A stretch of 64,000 nt of DNA from an uncultured delta proteobacterium (GTDB taxonomy: Bacteria > Desulfobacterota > Binatia > UBA9968). Both the position numbers and the translations under genes were made by a program. The notes beneath the pieces are model-generated. The model did not search any database, had not been told where the DNA came from, and saw only the letters and a program-made list of their open reading frames with translations. Shown here one piece after another: positions 21,118-31,270 of this stretch (position 1 is the first letter of the stretch; each line of letters starts with the position of its first letter). The stretch spans positions 64,001-128,000 of the forward strand of contig CAVUVW010000019.1 in NCBI GenBank assembly GCA_963745035.1, written 5' to 3'.

Positions 21118-22365
21118 ATGCTGTCGAGCCACGAGAACGAGTTGCTGACCCGAGTGGGGCGGGAGACGCCGATGGGCGCATTGATGCGGCGGTACTGGAT
21201 TCCCGCGCTTCTCGCGGAGGAAATCCCGGTCCCGGACTGCCCGCCGGTGCGAGTGCGGTTGCTGGGCGAAGACCTGGTCGCTTTCAGAGATTCCAACGGC
21301 AGGGTCGGCTTGCTCGGCGAGCACTGCTCTCATCGTGGCACCTCGCTGTTCTTCGGGCGCAATGAACTTTGCGGCCTGACCTGCATCTATCACGGCTGGA
21401 AGTATGACGTGGACGGCAACGTACTGGATACGCCGGCCGAGCCCGCGAGCAGCGACTTTAAGCGCAAACTCCGGCATACCGCCTATCCGTGCAAAGAAGT
21501 CGCCGGGATTGTCTTCGCGTACTTGGGACCCGCCGACAGACAGCCGGTGTTGCCGCGCTACGAATGGTTCGATCTCGACGCCGCGCAAGTCTACCCCGTG
21601 AAGTCGTATCTCCAATGCAATTATCTGCAGGGCATCGAGGGCGACTTCGATTCGTCGCACACGTCGTTTCTGCACAACAACGATCTTACCAACGCGGAGA
21701 CTTTGAAGCGCGACGGCGCGCCGGTCCTCGAGGCCGAGGAAACCGCCTACGGCATGAGAGCGGTATCGATCCGCAAGGCAGGCCCGCAGCGCATCTACGT
21801 GCGCACCAGTCCGTATATCCTGCCGTCGTTCAGCATCGTGCCGGGCCCGCCGACGGAAAAGTTCGACGACGACGATATTCGCGGCTTTCGTTTCTGGGCG
21901 CCGATCGACGACCGGACGACCTGGCTTTACATTCTCAACATGCGCAAGCGGCCCTTCACGGCCGAAGAGCGGCTGAGTCTGCGGAGCTGGATCGCCGCCG
22001 ATTACCGGCGAGTGCGGAACGCGTCGAATAATTATCTCCAGGATCGGGAGCGGCAGCGAACCATCAACTACACGGGCATCGACGCGGTCAATCCCGCCGA
22101 GCAGGACGGCTGCGCGACGGAGAGCATGGGCGTGATCTGCGACCGCACTCAAGAACATCTCGGTTACAGCGACAAGACCATCATTGCGCTTCGTAAGATG
22201 CTGCTCCGAGCGACAAGCGATTTGGCGGAAGGAAAAGATCCGCCGCATATCATTCGTGAGGGTCAGGACGACGATTTTTCACGGTTGCGATCGATCAAGG
22301 GCGTCTTGCCGGCGGGCGCGGACTGGCGCAAGGTGTTGGAGGGGATGGGGCCCAATGACGGGTGA
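21118..22365 (+). CDS. Rieske non-heme iron oxygenase (phthalate 4,5-dioxygenase/vanillate demethylase-like)
   Basis: CSHRG and CIYHGW Rieske ligands; EGDFDSSHTSFLH iron site. Confidence 0.92.
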   Translation: MLSSHENELLTRVGRETPMGALMRRYWIPALLAEEIPVPDCPPVRVRLLGEDLVAFRDSNGRVGLLGEHCSHRGTSLFFGRNELCGLTCIYHGWKYDVDGNVLDTPAEPASSDFKRKLRHTAYPCKEVAGIVFAYLGPADRQPVLPRYEWFDLDAAQVYPVKSYLQCNYLQGIEGDFDSSHTSFLHNNDLTNAETLKRDGAPVLEAEETAYGMRAVSIRKAGPQRIYVRTSPYILPSFSIVPGPPTEKFDDDDIRGFRFWAPIDDRTTWLYILNMRKRPFTAEERLSLRSWIAADYRRVRNASNNYLQDRERQRTINYTGIDAVNPAEQDGCATESMGVICDRTQEHLGYSDKTIIALRKMLLRATSDLAEGKDPPHIIREGQDDDFSRLRSIKGVLPAGADWRKVLEGMGPNDG

Positions 22366-22374
22366 GTATACTCG

Positions 22375-22407
22375 GTTCAAGCCGTTCAAATCGTTCCAGG
22401 CGTTCAA
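22375..22407. repeat. GTTCAA 9-bp-unit tandem repeat
   Basis: GTTCAAGCC GTTCAAATC GTTCCAGGC GTTCAA. Confidence 0.7.
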
Positions 22408-22457
22408 GTGGTTTCGGGTTCTTCAGTTTCCAGCTTAGAGTCTCGCGGATTGGAATC

Positions 22458-23504
22458 ATGCGAAATAAACGTCCACGTCAGGTCGCTAAGTTTGCACTTT
22501 TGACTCTAATCATTTGCACCGCATCTCCATCGGTTGCTCAGCCGCTGCAGAAAGCCGTCGCCATGGTCGGCGCGCGCAGCGGCGCATCATGGCCTCTTTG
22601 GATCGCTAAGGACGCGCGCCTTTACAGCAAGTATGGACTCGACGTGGAGTTGGTTTACGCCGTTCATCCTGGACCCATTGCGGCGATCATCAGCGGCCAC
22701 GCGGCGATGACTTCGGCAGGGAGCGATCCGGCGCTCCTCGCGGCCGCGAAGGATCCGTCCTTGGTGGTGCTCGGCGGTTTCATGAACAAGGGCTCGTTCG
22801 CGATGATCGGCTCGAAAACCGCGACGGACATGAAGCAGGTTTCCGGCAAGAAGATCGGCGTGGGTCGAGTCGGTGATCCGCCGTATCACATGGCGGTCAG
22901 CCTGTTGAAGAAGTACGGCATGACGGCGCGCGATGTGCAGTGGGTTTCCATCGGCGTCGATGCGGCTGCTCGCGCGGCAGCTTTACAGACGGGGCAGGTG
23001 GACGCGGCATTGATTACCGCGCCCGCCTATTTTCGGCTGCAGGCCGCCGGCCTGCCGGTGCTGGCCGTATTGCTCGATCACGAAGATATTTACGTCTCGA
23101 CCTACTATCTTTTTCGCCGCGACGCATTGACGAAAGATCGGCCTATGGCGACGGCTTTTATCAAAGCACACGCCGAAGCGATCAAGCGGTTTTATGACGA
23201 CAAAGCATTCGCGACTTCTATCATGATCAAATACGGTGGCACGCGGAACGCGGACGATGCCAATCGCGTCTACGATCTTTTTCAGAAGGCGCGTGTGTTG
23301 GAGCCGATCCCTTACGCTTTGAAAGGATCTGTGGAGGCGGTCGTCGAGCGCCAGGGACAGGACTTAAAGGGCGCCGACTTCTCCAAGATGATCGACAATA
23401 GTCTGGTGGATCAACTGGTCAACGAGAAATATTTCGAAACGGTTTTCGGCTCGGCGATCCGCGACGAGCAAAAGCGCCGGCAGGCGCGGGCGTTTGGAAG
23501 GTAG
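22458..23504 (+). CDS. NitT/TauT solute-binding protein
   Basis: Signal peptide; PLWIAKDARLYSKYGLDVEL; GKKIGVGRVG. Confidence 0.85.
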   Translation: MRNKRPRQVAKFALLTLIICTASPSVAQPLQKAVAMVGARSGASWPLWIAKDARLYSKYGLDVELVYAVHPGPIAAIISGHAAMTSAGSDPALLAAAKDPSLVVLGGFMNKGSFAMIGSKTATDMKQVSGKKIGVGRVGDPPYHMAVSLLKKYGMTARDVQWVSIGVDAAARAAALQTGQVDAALITAPAYFRLQAAGLPVLAVLLDHEDIYVSTYYLFRRDALTKDRPMATAFIKAHAEAIKRFYDDKAFATSIMIKYGGTRNADDANRVYDLFQKARVLEPIPYALKGSVEAVVERQGQDLKGADFSKMIDNSLVDQLVNEKYFETVFGSAIRDEQKRRQARAFGR

Positions 23505-23526
23505 CGTCCGCGTGTGTCCGCGCCAC

Positions 23527-24529
23527 CTAGGAGCGCTTTTGCAGCGATTTAAAAAAGCCCTGCTTCTCCAGCTCGCGCAGGACATCTTCGTTCATGAATT
23601 CCTGCGCTTTCCTTCCTTTGGCATCGGCCCTGCTGTTGCCTAGATCGTCCACGACAACCTGAATCCCGGAAACTTCGCTGTAGGGCGGATAAGAAATTCT
23701 CGGCGCATAGCTCTTATAAGCACTGTCCAGCAAGGCCTTGTCCTGAGTGCGCATCCATTTGGAAAGACTTTTTTGGCCGAGAGCCGGATCGTTCTTGAAA
23801 ATATAAATCCCTTCACCGATCCCCTGCAGAAAACTTCGCACGAGGCCTCGCTTGGACGACTGCAGAGTCCTGGTCGTCATCAGACTGACGGTTGGAAACG
23901 AATCCGCCAATTCGCCCAGATCAAGCATGACCTGCATTCCGGAGGCTTTCGCTCGGTCGACGAAAGCGCCGGTGAGTACGGTGGCGTCGACCAGGCCATT
24001 TTGCAGCGCCGCGAGGCGGTCCCGGCTGCCGCCGGCGCGCACGAGGGTGACGCTCTTCTCATCGACGCCCCAGTGCCGCAGCGCCGTTGCGACGACGATC
24101 TGATTCAAGCCGACGACGGAAAGAACCCCGACCTTCTTGCCGCGCAAATCTTGCGGCGAGCGGATGCCGGGGCGGGCAACGAAACTGTAGGTATGCTTGT
24201 TGAAATAGGTGCCGATAATGATGATGTCGGCTCCCGAGAGATTCGCCGCGATATGGGGTTGCGGCGCGACCACGTCGAATTGAATCTCGCCGCCGGTCAG
24301 GGCGTGCGTCGACTCGGCGCCGCCGCGAAACAGAATCGGCTCGAGATTGAGCCCATACTTTTTGAATAAGCCGAGATCGACGGCAAGCCAAAGGGGAATC
24401 TGGTACCCGGAGATGCCGCTGTAACCCGCGCGCACCCGCTCTTGAGCGCGGCGGCACCGCGGCAGTGCAAAGATCGTCAAGCCCGCCAAAGCAACAGTGC
24501 AGAAAGCAATAAATCCGTTTGTGCTTCAT
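23527..24529 (-). CDS. NitT/TauT solute-binding protein (frameshift in signal peptide at about 24514)
   Basis: PLWLAVDLGLFKKYGL, DLRGKKVGV; start MKHKR rejoins FIAFCTVALAGL after a 1-nt correction. Confidence 0.82.
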
Positions 24530-24605
24530 GAGCCTACCTTTTTCCGATGACTGACGGCAGCGGAAGATGAGCAAAAAGCCAAACGACTCTCTACCGTCGG
24601 ATGAA

Positions 24606-25451
24606 TCATGCCCGGTGCGACAGCGGCCAGCGCAGCCATTCGGCGAGCGCCCGGCCCATTATCCATTCTTTGTCTTGGGCCGATAGAAAATCCAGCTCTT
24701 CGGTAAACAATGTGACTGCCTGGCGATAGGAGCAGGGGAGCTGCGAGAGATCCGTGCCCCAGAAAAGCCGTTGCGGCCCGAAAGTTTCGACGACGCGGCG
24801 AATCTGCGGATGCAAGGTCGGATAGGGATAAGCTTCGTCGACGTAGCAAGGGAGACAAGAAACTTTGACTCCGACGTTCTTGAAGCGCGCGAATTTGAGC
24901 AAGACATCGACGCCGGGTCCGAGATCCTTGCCTTTCCATTGCACGTTGAGCCCCATATGGTCGACGATCACGCGCAGATCGGGATGACGTGCGGCAATCT
25001 CGCCGATCTTCGCCACCGCGAAGGGCGCGAAAATCATGACCGGAATATCGTGGCGCTCGCAGTCCGCCCAGAACCAGTCCGCCGTGCCGTCATCGAGAAA
25101 CGAATGGGTGCCGCTGTGACGAAAACTGATGCGAAAACCCAGCATGCCCGGCTGTTTGAGCCAACTGGCGACGCGCCCTTTGCTCGCAGGATCGTTGAGC
25201 GGCACTTTGCCCATGACAGCAAAGCGATCGGGATATTTTTGCGCCGCTTCGAGCGCGTAATCATTCCGATAGCCTTCCCACGAGGGCGGCACCAAAATGA
25301 CCCGATCAACGCCTGCTGTCGACATTTCGCGCAGCAAATCTTCGTAGCCTAAAGGCACCGGACGGTGCGGCTTGGACGCATCTTCTTTGATGTACGGCCG
25401 CTCAGGACTTTCCGGCTTCCAGATGTGAACTTGCGCGTCGATGATGGTCAT
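24606..25451 (-). CDS. Amidohydrolase_2 family (L-fuconolactonase-like)
   Basis: IIDAQVHIW, VDHMG, LFWGTD. Confidence 0.88.
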   Translation of the reverse strand: MTIIDAQVHIWKPESPERPYIKEDASKPHRPVPLGYEDLLREMSTAGVDRVILVPPSWEGYRNDYALEAAQKYPDRFAVMGKVPLNDPASKGRVASWLKQPGMLGFRISFRHSGTHSFLDDGTADWFWADCERHDIPVMIFAPFAVAKIGEIAARHPDLRVIVDHMGLNVQWKGKDLGPGVDVLLKFARFKNVGVKVSCLPCYVDEAYPYPTLHPQIRRVVETFGPQRLFWGTDLSQLPCSYRQAVTLFTEELDFLSAQDKEWIMGRALAEWLRWPLSHRA

Positions 25452-25460
25452 TGGACTAAA

Positions 25461-26451
25461 TTATTTTCCGCTATTCACTTGCCGCACGAAGCGGTCGTCG
25501 AAGAACTGTGAGGGTTTGGCGGTCTTGGCTTCGGGGATCGTTTCGGAAAGAAAATCGAGCATGCCTTGCAGGCCCGGCTCGGACGTGACCAGCTCGCGGC
25601 GAAATCCCGCCTTCTTGTAGAATTCGTAGGTGCGGTCGAGAACTTCCTGATCGTTCTCCTTGGTGTATTTGCCGATCACTCTCGTGGCGAACGGCTTGTC
25701 GGCGTAGTAGCGCTCTATCCCTTGACGCACCGCACGCAGCAGCGGGGTGAGCCGGCTCGCCAGCTCATCGATACGGCTCCGTCTCACGACCAAGCCGACG
25801 TTTTGATAGGGCACATCGAGAAGGCTGACCATCGAATGAAAACCGGAGCGCTCCATTAGAAAACTGGCGGGCGGCGAGCCCACGCCGCCGACGATCTGTC
25901 CGGCATAGAAAGCGGCGACGATTTGCGGGCTGCTGCCGAGGGGGCGAAGTTGAACATCCTTCGCGGTGAGCCCCATTTTCTTTAGCGCCACCATCGTGCC
26001 GTACGCCACAGGGGTGCCGGGTCGGTCCGTGCCGACGATTTTTCCCTTCAGCTGTTCGACGCTTTTGATTTCCGGCCGGGCGTAAAAATCCCAGATCATC
26101 GTGTTGAGGAGGCCGGCGATAAAGACGACGTCGACGCCTCGAACCGAAGCGGTGATCACCGGCGCGGCGGAAACTTGCACGACGTCGAGCTCGTTGGCGA
26201 TCAGCGCCGGGTATCGCGGCGGTCGAAGGCATGGAAATCACCTCGGTATCCAGACCTTCCTTGGCTAACGCGCCGCTTTCCTTCGCCATCCAGACCGAGG
26301 CCATGGTGGCCGAAGTGCTCAGGTAGGCGATGCGTAAAGGCCGGGCCGAGCGCGCGCTCGTTTGCGCGCTGAGTGGCGCGGCGCTGGCGCAGATCAGCGC
26401 GAGCGGCAACAGTACCCTGGACAAAGCAGAAATGGTTCCTGTCCTAATCAT
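25461..26451 (-). CDS. NitT/TauT solute-binding protein (frameshift at about 26208)
   Basis: N-terminus in ORF 25765-26451 (LRIAYLS..VWMAKESG) continues in ORF 25461-26180. Confidence 0.82.
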
Positions 26452-26691
26452 GGGATAGTTTCCTCTTATCGGCTGTCAGCCAAATGGGGCGGCCACGAGT
26501 TGTAACACCTAGGTCATCGCGGCGGTCGCTGAGCGGATTGCGATCAGGTCGACCATCGGTTTACAAGGGCATAGCTCGTGCGCTATGAGTACAAACACCC
26601 CAGGACAGAAGCCGCAGCAGGATAGTAAACAATCGCACGAGCCCGGCGTCTATAAAGACGGACGGCGGAAGATAGAAAACCAGGAGGCGCT

Positions 26692-26853
26692 ATGAAAGGC
26701 TTGCCGGGAACTCTGTTGGCGCTCGCATTCGCCTGTTTCTCTTTGATTTCTCTGATCTCCATAAATCGCGACTGGGATAGCGCATTGGTGCAATTGACCG
26801 CTGACGAGTCGAAGCTTTCGGAGCTCGGGCTCCGCTTCGTTATACGGCCTTAG
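26692..26853 (+). CDS. Small membrane/secreted protein, 53 aa (not in ORF track)
   Basis: CAGGAGG RBS 5 nt before ATG; MKGLPGTLLALAFACFSLISLISINRDW.. Confidence 0.5.
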   Translation: MKGLPGTLLALAFACFSLISLISINRDWDSALVQLTADESKLSELGLRFVIRP

Positions 26854-26919
26854 CGGCGCTCACTCCAAACGCGTTCGCGCGCCAATTCGCAATCCGCACC
26901 GGAATCCCGTGAAATTCCA

Positions 26920-27480
26920 TCACGGCGTCGACCGCACCGCCGGTCGATCGAGCAGGCGTTCCATCCACCCCTTCACATGGGGCAGGTCGCTGCCGATGGT
27001 CGTCTGATAACGCTGCAGGCGACAAAAGAACGGGATGTAAGTAATATCGGCGAGGGAATACTCGCCGGCGATGTAGCGCCGGTCGCGCATCTCCCGATCC
27101 AGGTTCTCCAGATAGCCGCGCAGCCGTTCTTTCGATTTCTCCACCTCATGATCGTGAGCGATGTAGCCCGCAGCCGCCTGCAGGCGCGTATTGCAGTAAT
27201 CGATCCAGATGCGGGCGCGGGAGCGCAGCACTGGATCGCTCGGCATCAGCGGGACCTGCGGATATTTCTCTTCCAGATATTCGTTGATAATCGCCGACTC
27301 GTAGATGACGCCCTCGCCGTCTACCAGCACCGGAACCTTGCCGTACGGATTGAGCTCCAATAAGTCTTTGGGCTTGTTCGAGAGATCGCACTCGATGAGT
27401 TGGTGGGGAATCTTTTTCTCGGCCAGGACAATCCTTGTCCTGTGGGCGTACGGTCAAGGTTGATAAGAATAAAGCTTCAT
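26920..27480 (-). CDS. Glutathione S-transferase (omega/SspA-like) with in-frame TGA at codon 9, probable selenoprotein
   Basis: GGAGG RBS; MKLYSYQP*PYAHRTRIVLAEKKI..LNPYGKVPVL..ESAIINEYL in one frame; TGA at 27454-27456 sits at the C of the CPY motif. Confidence 0.9.
27424..27442 (-). promoter_or_regulatory. Putative bacterial SECIS hairpin
   Basis: mRNA CAGGACAA-GGA-UUGUCCUG: perfect 8-bp stem with G-containing loop starting 11 nt after UGA. Confidence 0.7.
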
Positions 27481-27881
27481 AACGATCCTCCCTTATATGA
27501 TTTAGCTTCAGTGTCGCCGCCAAAACGCTGGGTATGAATCACTGCCCTGCGGTGCAATCCTTCGCCGATCTTTACCCCCTCGTCGTTGGTCGCCGACACG
27601 GAGTAGCGAAGTTTATTTTCTTTCACTTCCAAAAGCTCGGCCCTGACCGTAACCTTCTGGCCGATCTTCGTTGGCGCCATGTGCCGCACGTCTACATGAA
27701 TCCCGACGGTCTGCTCGTTCGGATCGAGATAAGGCTCGGTCAATTCGACGCAGGTTCTTTCCATCAGGCCGATCATCGCCGGAGTCGAAAAAACATCCGC
27801 CTCGAGCTGGCCGGCGCGCATTTCCTGGGTGGTGGCGTAGGTGCGGGTGCGCGTGATGCCTGGCGCCACATCATTGGTCAT
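27477..27881 (-). CDS. Hotdog-fold thioesterase (fluoroacetyl-CoA thioesterase-like)
   Basis: VFSTPAMIGLME..TVGIHVDVRHMAPT..GEGLHRRAVI; ATGA overlap with GST start. Confidence 0.88.
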   Translation of the reverse strand: MTNDVAPGITRTRTYATTQEMRAGQLEADVFSTPAMIGLMERTCVELTEPYLDPNEQTVGIHVDVRHMAPTKIGQKVTVRAELLEVKENKLRYSVSATNDEGVKIGEGLHRRAVIHTQRFGGDTEAKSYKGGSL

Positions 27882-27990
27882 ACGGCGAATATACGGGAGT
27901 TGCCGAGCCGGAAGCAACACTACCGTTGAACGATGTGACCGCGCAGAAATTTAATGTTATGAGAAGACAAACCAAGAAGGAGCGCCGAAC

Positions 27991-29031
27991 ATGCTATTGC
28001 CGTTCCGGGAACATCTCGATTTCGGCCCCACGCCCTACGACGTTCTCCAGGCCGAGGAGGGGATTCCGATCATCAAAGGGAACGTCGTGCACGACGTCAC
28101 GACCTTGGAGCTGGCTCCCTGGAAGCGCATGGGAGCGCTGGGCTGCTATCTCAATCTTTCCAATCAACAGCAGACCGATGCGTACGTCTGCGAGATTCCG
28201 CCCGGCAGTGAAACCCTGCCGCAGCGCCATCTGTTTGAAGAAATCATCTACGTGGCCAAAGGGCGCGGCGCCACCGCCATCTGGCAGGACGGCACCGGCA
28301 AGGTGACCTTCGAATGGGGCCCGGGAGCGATCTTCGCCATCCCGCTCAATTCCTCCTACGTTCACTACAACGGGTCCCGCGACGAGGCGGTGCGGCTGTT
28401 TGCGGGCACCACCTGCCCGCGCATGATCAATATTTTTCACAACCAGGAATTCATTTTCCGCAATCCCTTCAATTTCCGTGACCGCTTTCATCAAGGCGAT
28501 GATTTTTTGAGGTTCAATAAACACATCACGGACCGGTATTGGGAAACCAACCTGGTTCCGGACGTAAATCAATTTCCGCTCGACGATTTTCCGATGAAAG
28601 GGAAGGGTGTGCGGCACATGCGCTTCACCTTGGCGGATACGACTTACGGCTGCCACGTTTCGGAGTTTCCGCCGGGCTGCCGCAGCACTTTTCACCGCCA
28701 CGGCCCGGGCGCGGTGATCATCATCACTCAAGGCGAAGGCTACGTCATGCTCTGGAAAGACGGCGAGGAGCGGAAGCGCCATGAGTTCAAGGTCGGCACG
28801 GTCTATTCGCCGAACGACCTCATGTGGCACGGCCACTTCAATACCGGCAAGGGCACCATGCGCCACTTTGCCATGCGCGGCGACAGTCCCAAGTACAGCC
28901 ACGACCGCTTCCGCAATCCGCTCTGGACGATGATCCCCATGGAAGACGAAACTCCGGAGATTCAAAAAGAGTATGTACGCATTCTCGCGGAGAAAGGAGT
29001 CGAGGCGGCGGTGCAGGTGGTTGAAGATTGA
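27991..29031 (+). CDS. Bicupin protein (gentisate dioxygenase-like)
   Basis: AAGGAG RBS; two cupin motifs QRHLFEEIIYV and FHRHGPGA..HGHFNT. Confidence 0.82.
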   Translation: MLLPFREHLDFGPTPYDVLQAEEGIPIIKGNVVHDVTTLELAPWKRMGALGCYLNLSNQQQTDAYVCEIPPGSETLPQRHLFEEIIYVAKGRGATAIWQDGTGKVTFEWGPGAIFAIPLNSSYVHYNGSRDEAVRLFAGTTCPRMINIFHNQEFIFRNPFNFRDRFHQGDDFLRFNKHITDRYWETNLVPDVNQFPLDDFPMKGKGVRHMRFTLADTTYGCHVSEFPPGCRSTFHRHGPGAVIIITQGEGYVMLWKDGEERKRHEFKVGTVYSPNDLMWHGHFNTGKGTMRHFAMRGDSPKYSHDRFRNPLWTMIPMEDETPEIQKEYVRILAEKGVEAAVQVVED

Positions 29032-29076
29032 CCGTATAACTCAGTAGATGAACCCAGAGCAAACAAGGAGGCTGCC

Positions 29077-30120
29077 ATGGTGAATTGTCCGGTGATCGAT
29101 GCCGACGGGCATGTGTTGGAGAAGGAAAAATATATTCGCAAATACCTTGAAGCTCCCTGGAACAAGCGCTCCACGTCGCTGCGCACCCGCGACCAGCCCT
29201 GGGACGCCAATCTCTTCGATAGCTTCGACATGGCGGTGCGCTGGGAAGACTTGAGCCCAAAGGAGCAGATCGATGAGTGGCATGCGGTGATGGAGCGGGA
29301 GGGGATGGAGTACGCCATTTGTTTTCCTACCGGCTCGGGCAACGTCTCGAAGATACAGGAGCTGGATTTCGCGCTCGCCGTGGCGCGCGCGTGCAACACC
29401 CATTTCGCCAAGGAGTTCAACGCGCTCTCCGACCGGGTGAGCTGCGTCGGCGTGCTTCCGCTGCGTGATCCCAAGGCCGCGGCCGAAGAGCTGCGGCGCG
29501 GCGTGACCGAGCTGGGATTGAAGGGGTTCGAAATCTTGCCGATGGGTTTGCCCATGGCGCTCGGCAGCACGTTTTACGATCCGGTTTATGCCGAGGCGGA
29601 AAAGTTGGGCGCGGTGATCGGCATCCACGGCTCGCGCAGCAACTCGCACGAGATCGGCGCAGCAAATCTATCGACCTTCGCCGAAGTGCACTCCTATGCA
29701 TTCACGGTCGGTTTGCTGCTTCAGTTCACTCACGTCGTATGCCAGGGCTTGCCGGTGCGCTTCCCCAACTTGAAATTGGCTTTTTTGGAGATCGGCGCGA
29801 CGTGGCTGCCGTACTATCTGGACCGCTTGGATGAGCACTGGGAAAAGCGCGCCAAGCACGAGATGCCGCTGCTGAAAGAGAAACCTAGTGATCTGGTGCG
29901 CAAATCGAAGATGTATTTCAGTCTGGAATCGGGCGAGTCGCTGCTGCCGGAGTCGATCAATTATCTCGGCGCGGAGCATTTCCTGTACGCCTCGGACATC
30001 CCGCATTGGGACAACGAGTTTCCGGGCAATCTCCACGCGCTGAGAAATCATCCACGAATTTCCGACGCCGATAAGGAAAAGATTCTTTACAGCAACGCGA
30101 AGGCACTGTTCGGTCTGTAG
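29077..30120 (+). CDS. Amidohydrolase_2 family protein
   Basis: IDADGH, IHG, FLEIG, YASDIPHWD. Confidence 0.9.
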   Translation: MVNCPVIDADGHVLEKEKYIRKYLEAPWNKRSTSLRTRDQPWDANLFDSFDMAVRWEDLSPKEQIDEWHAVMEREGMEYAICFPTGSGNVSKIQELDFALAVARACNTHFAKEFNALSDRVSCVGVLPLRDPKAAAEELRRGVTELGLKGFEILPMGLPMALGSTFYDPVYAEAEKLGAVIGIHGSRSNSHEIGAANLSTFAEVHSYAFTVGLLLQFTHVVCQGLPVRFPNLKLAFLEIGATWLPYYLDRLDEHWEKRAKHEMPLLKEKPSDLVRKSKMYFSLESGESLLPESINYLGAEHFLYASDIPHWDNEFPGNLHALRNHPRISDADKEKILYSNAKALFGL

Positions 30121-30159
30121 GATCGTCCGGTCGATTGGTTCCAGATCGTGAGGATTAGC

Positions 30160-31173
30160 ATGAATTATCTCCGGGTGAACGTACGAAAACTCCGTGCTGT
30201 CTGTTTACTGATCGCATCCCTAGCAGCGCCGAATGCAGCTAGGGCGGCGGACAAGCTGGTAGCTTTGTATTCCGCGCATGCCGTTCCCTACGCGATGCCT
30301 TGGGTGGCGGAGGAATTGGGGCTGCTGAAGAAATACGACATCGATTTGGAGTTCGTTTATATACCGTCGTCGTCGGCCGCGACGGCGGCGCTTCTTGGCG
30401 GCAACGTCGAGATCGCATTATTGGGAGGTGTCGGCATCGTCAATGCATACGTCAACGGTGCCTCGGACGTGGTGTTCATCGGCAGCATAAAGAACATCAT
30501 GACTCAGAGCATTCTGGCCAAGCCCGACGTTACCAAGTTGGAGCAGCTCAAAGGCAAGCGCGTCGGCGTGACCCGCATCGGCAGCAACACGCACTACTTC
30601 ACGGTCCAGGCGTTTCGCCGCGCCGGCATGAACACGGACAAGGACATTATCTTCATTCAGACGGGCGGCGAAGCGGAAACCGTAGGCGCTCTCGTCAGCG
30701 GCCGCATCGATGCCGCGACTCTGCTGCCGCCGAGCGACGGCAAAGCGCTCGCTCAAGGATTCCGTTATGTCGTATTCGGGCCGGATATCGGCATCCCTTA
30801 CGCTGCATCGACGATTACGACGCGCCGTTCGGTGATCGGCAAGCGCGGTCCGGTCCTAGGCCGCTTTATGCGCGCCATGGCAGAAGCCTCCAGAGCGATG
30901 CATCGCGACCGGGAAATCGTTTACCGCGTGATGGAGAAGAAGCTGCGAATCAAAGATCGAGCCGTTCTAGAAAGCAGTTACAACATCGAGATGAAGGTGA
31001 TGGAGCCGCGCCTGGAAATCAAGCCTCAGGCGCTGCAGCCGATGATCGAAGAGGTCGCGAGAAATAATCCGCGGGCCAACGATGTCAAGCCGCAGGATTT
31101 GATGGACCGCCGGTATCTCGCTGAAATGGAGAGTAGCGGGTTTTTCAAACAGCTGTGGAACGAGAAGCGCTGA
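30160..31173 (+). CDS. NitT/TauT solute-binding protein
   Basis: Signal peptide; LKGKRVGVTRIGSNT; GRIDAA. Confidence 0.87.
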   Translation: MNYLRVNVRKLRAVCLLIASLAAPNAARAADKLVALYSAHAVPYAMPWVAEELGLLKKYDIDLEFVYIPSSSAATAALLGGNVEIALLGGVGIVNAYVNGASDVVFIGSIKNIMTQSILAKPDVTKLEQLKGKRVGVTRIGSNTHYFTVQAFRRAGMNTDKDIIFIQTGGEAETVGALVSGRIDAATLLPPSDGKALAQGFRYVVFGPDIGIPYAASTITTRRSVIGKRGPVLGRFMRAMAEASRAMHRDREIVYRVMEKKLRIKDRAVLESSYNIEMKVMEPRLEIKPQALQPMIEEVARNNPRANDVKPQDLMDRRYLAEMESSGFFKQLWNEKR

Positions 31174-31184
31174 CGTACAACGAT

Positions 31185-31251
31185 CGAGGATAGAGGATGG
31201 AAGATGGAGGATCCAATTTCGCCATCCTCTAGCCTCGATCCTCCATCCTCG
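31185..31251. repeat. Palindromic element of 7-bp units (GAGGATN)n..(NATCCTC)n
   Basis: CGAGGATAGAGGATGGAAGATGGAGGAT / CCATCCTCTAGCCTCGATCCTCCATCCTCG between convergent genes. Confidence 0.75.
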
Positions 31252-31270
31252 GTCTCCTTCTTCTCTCGAG

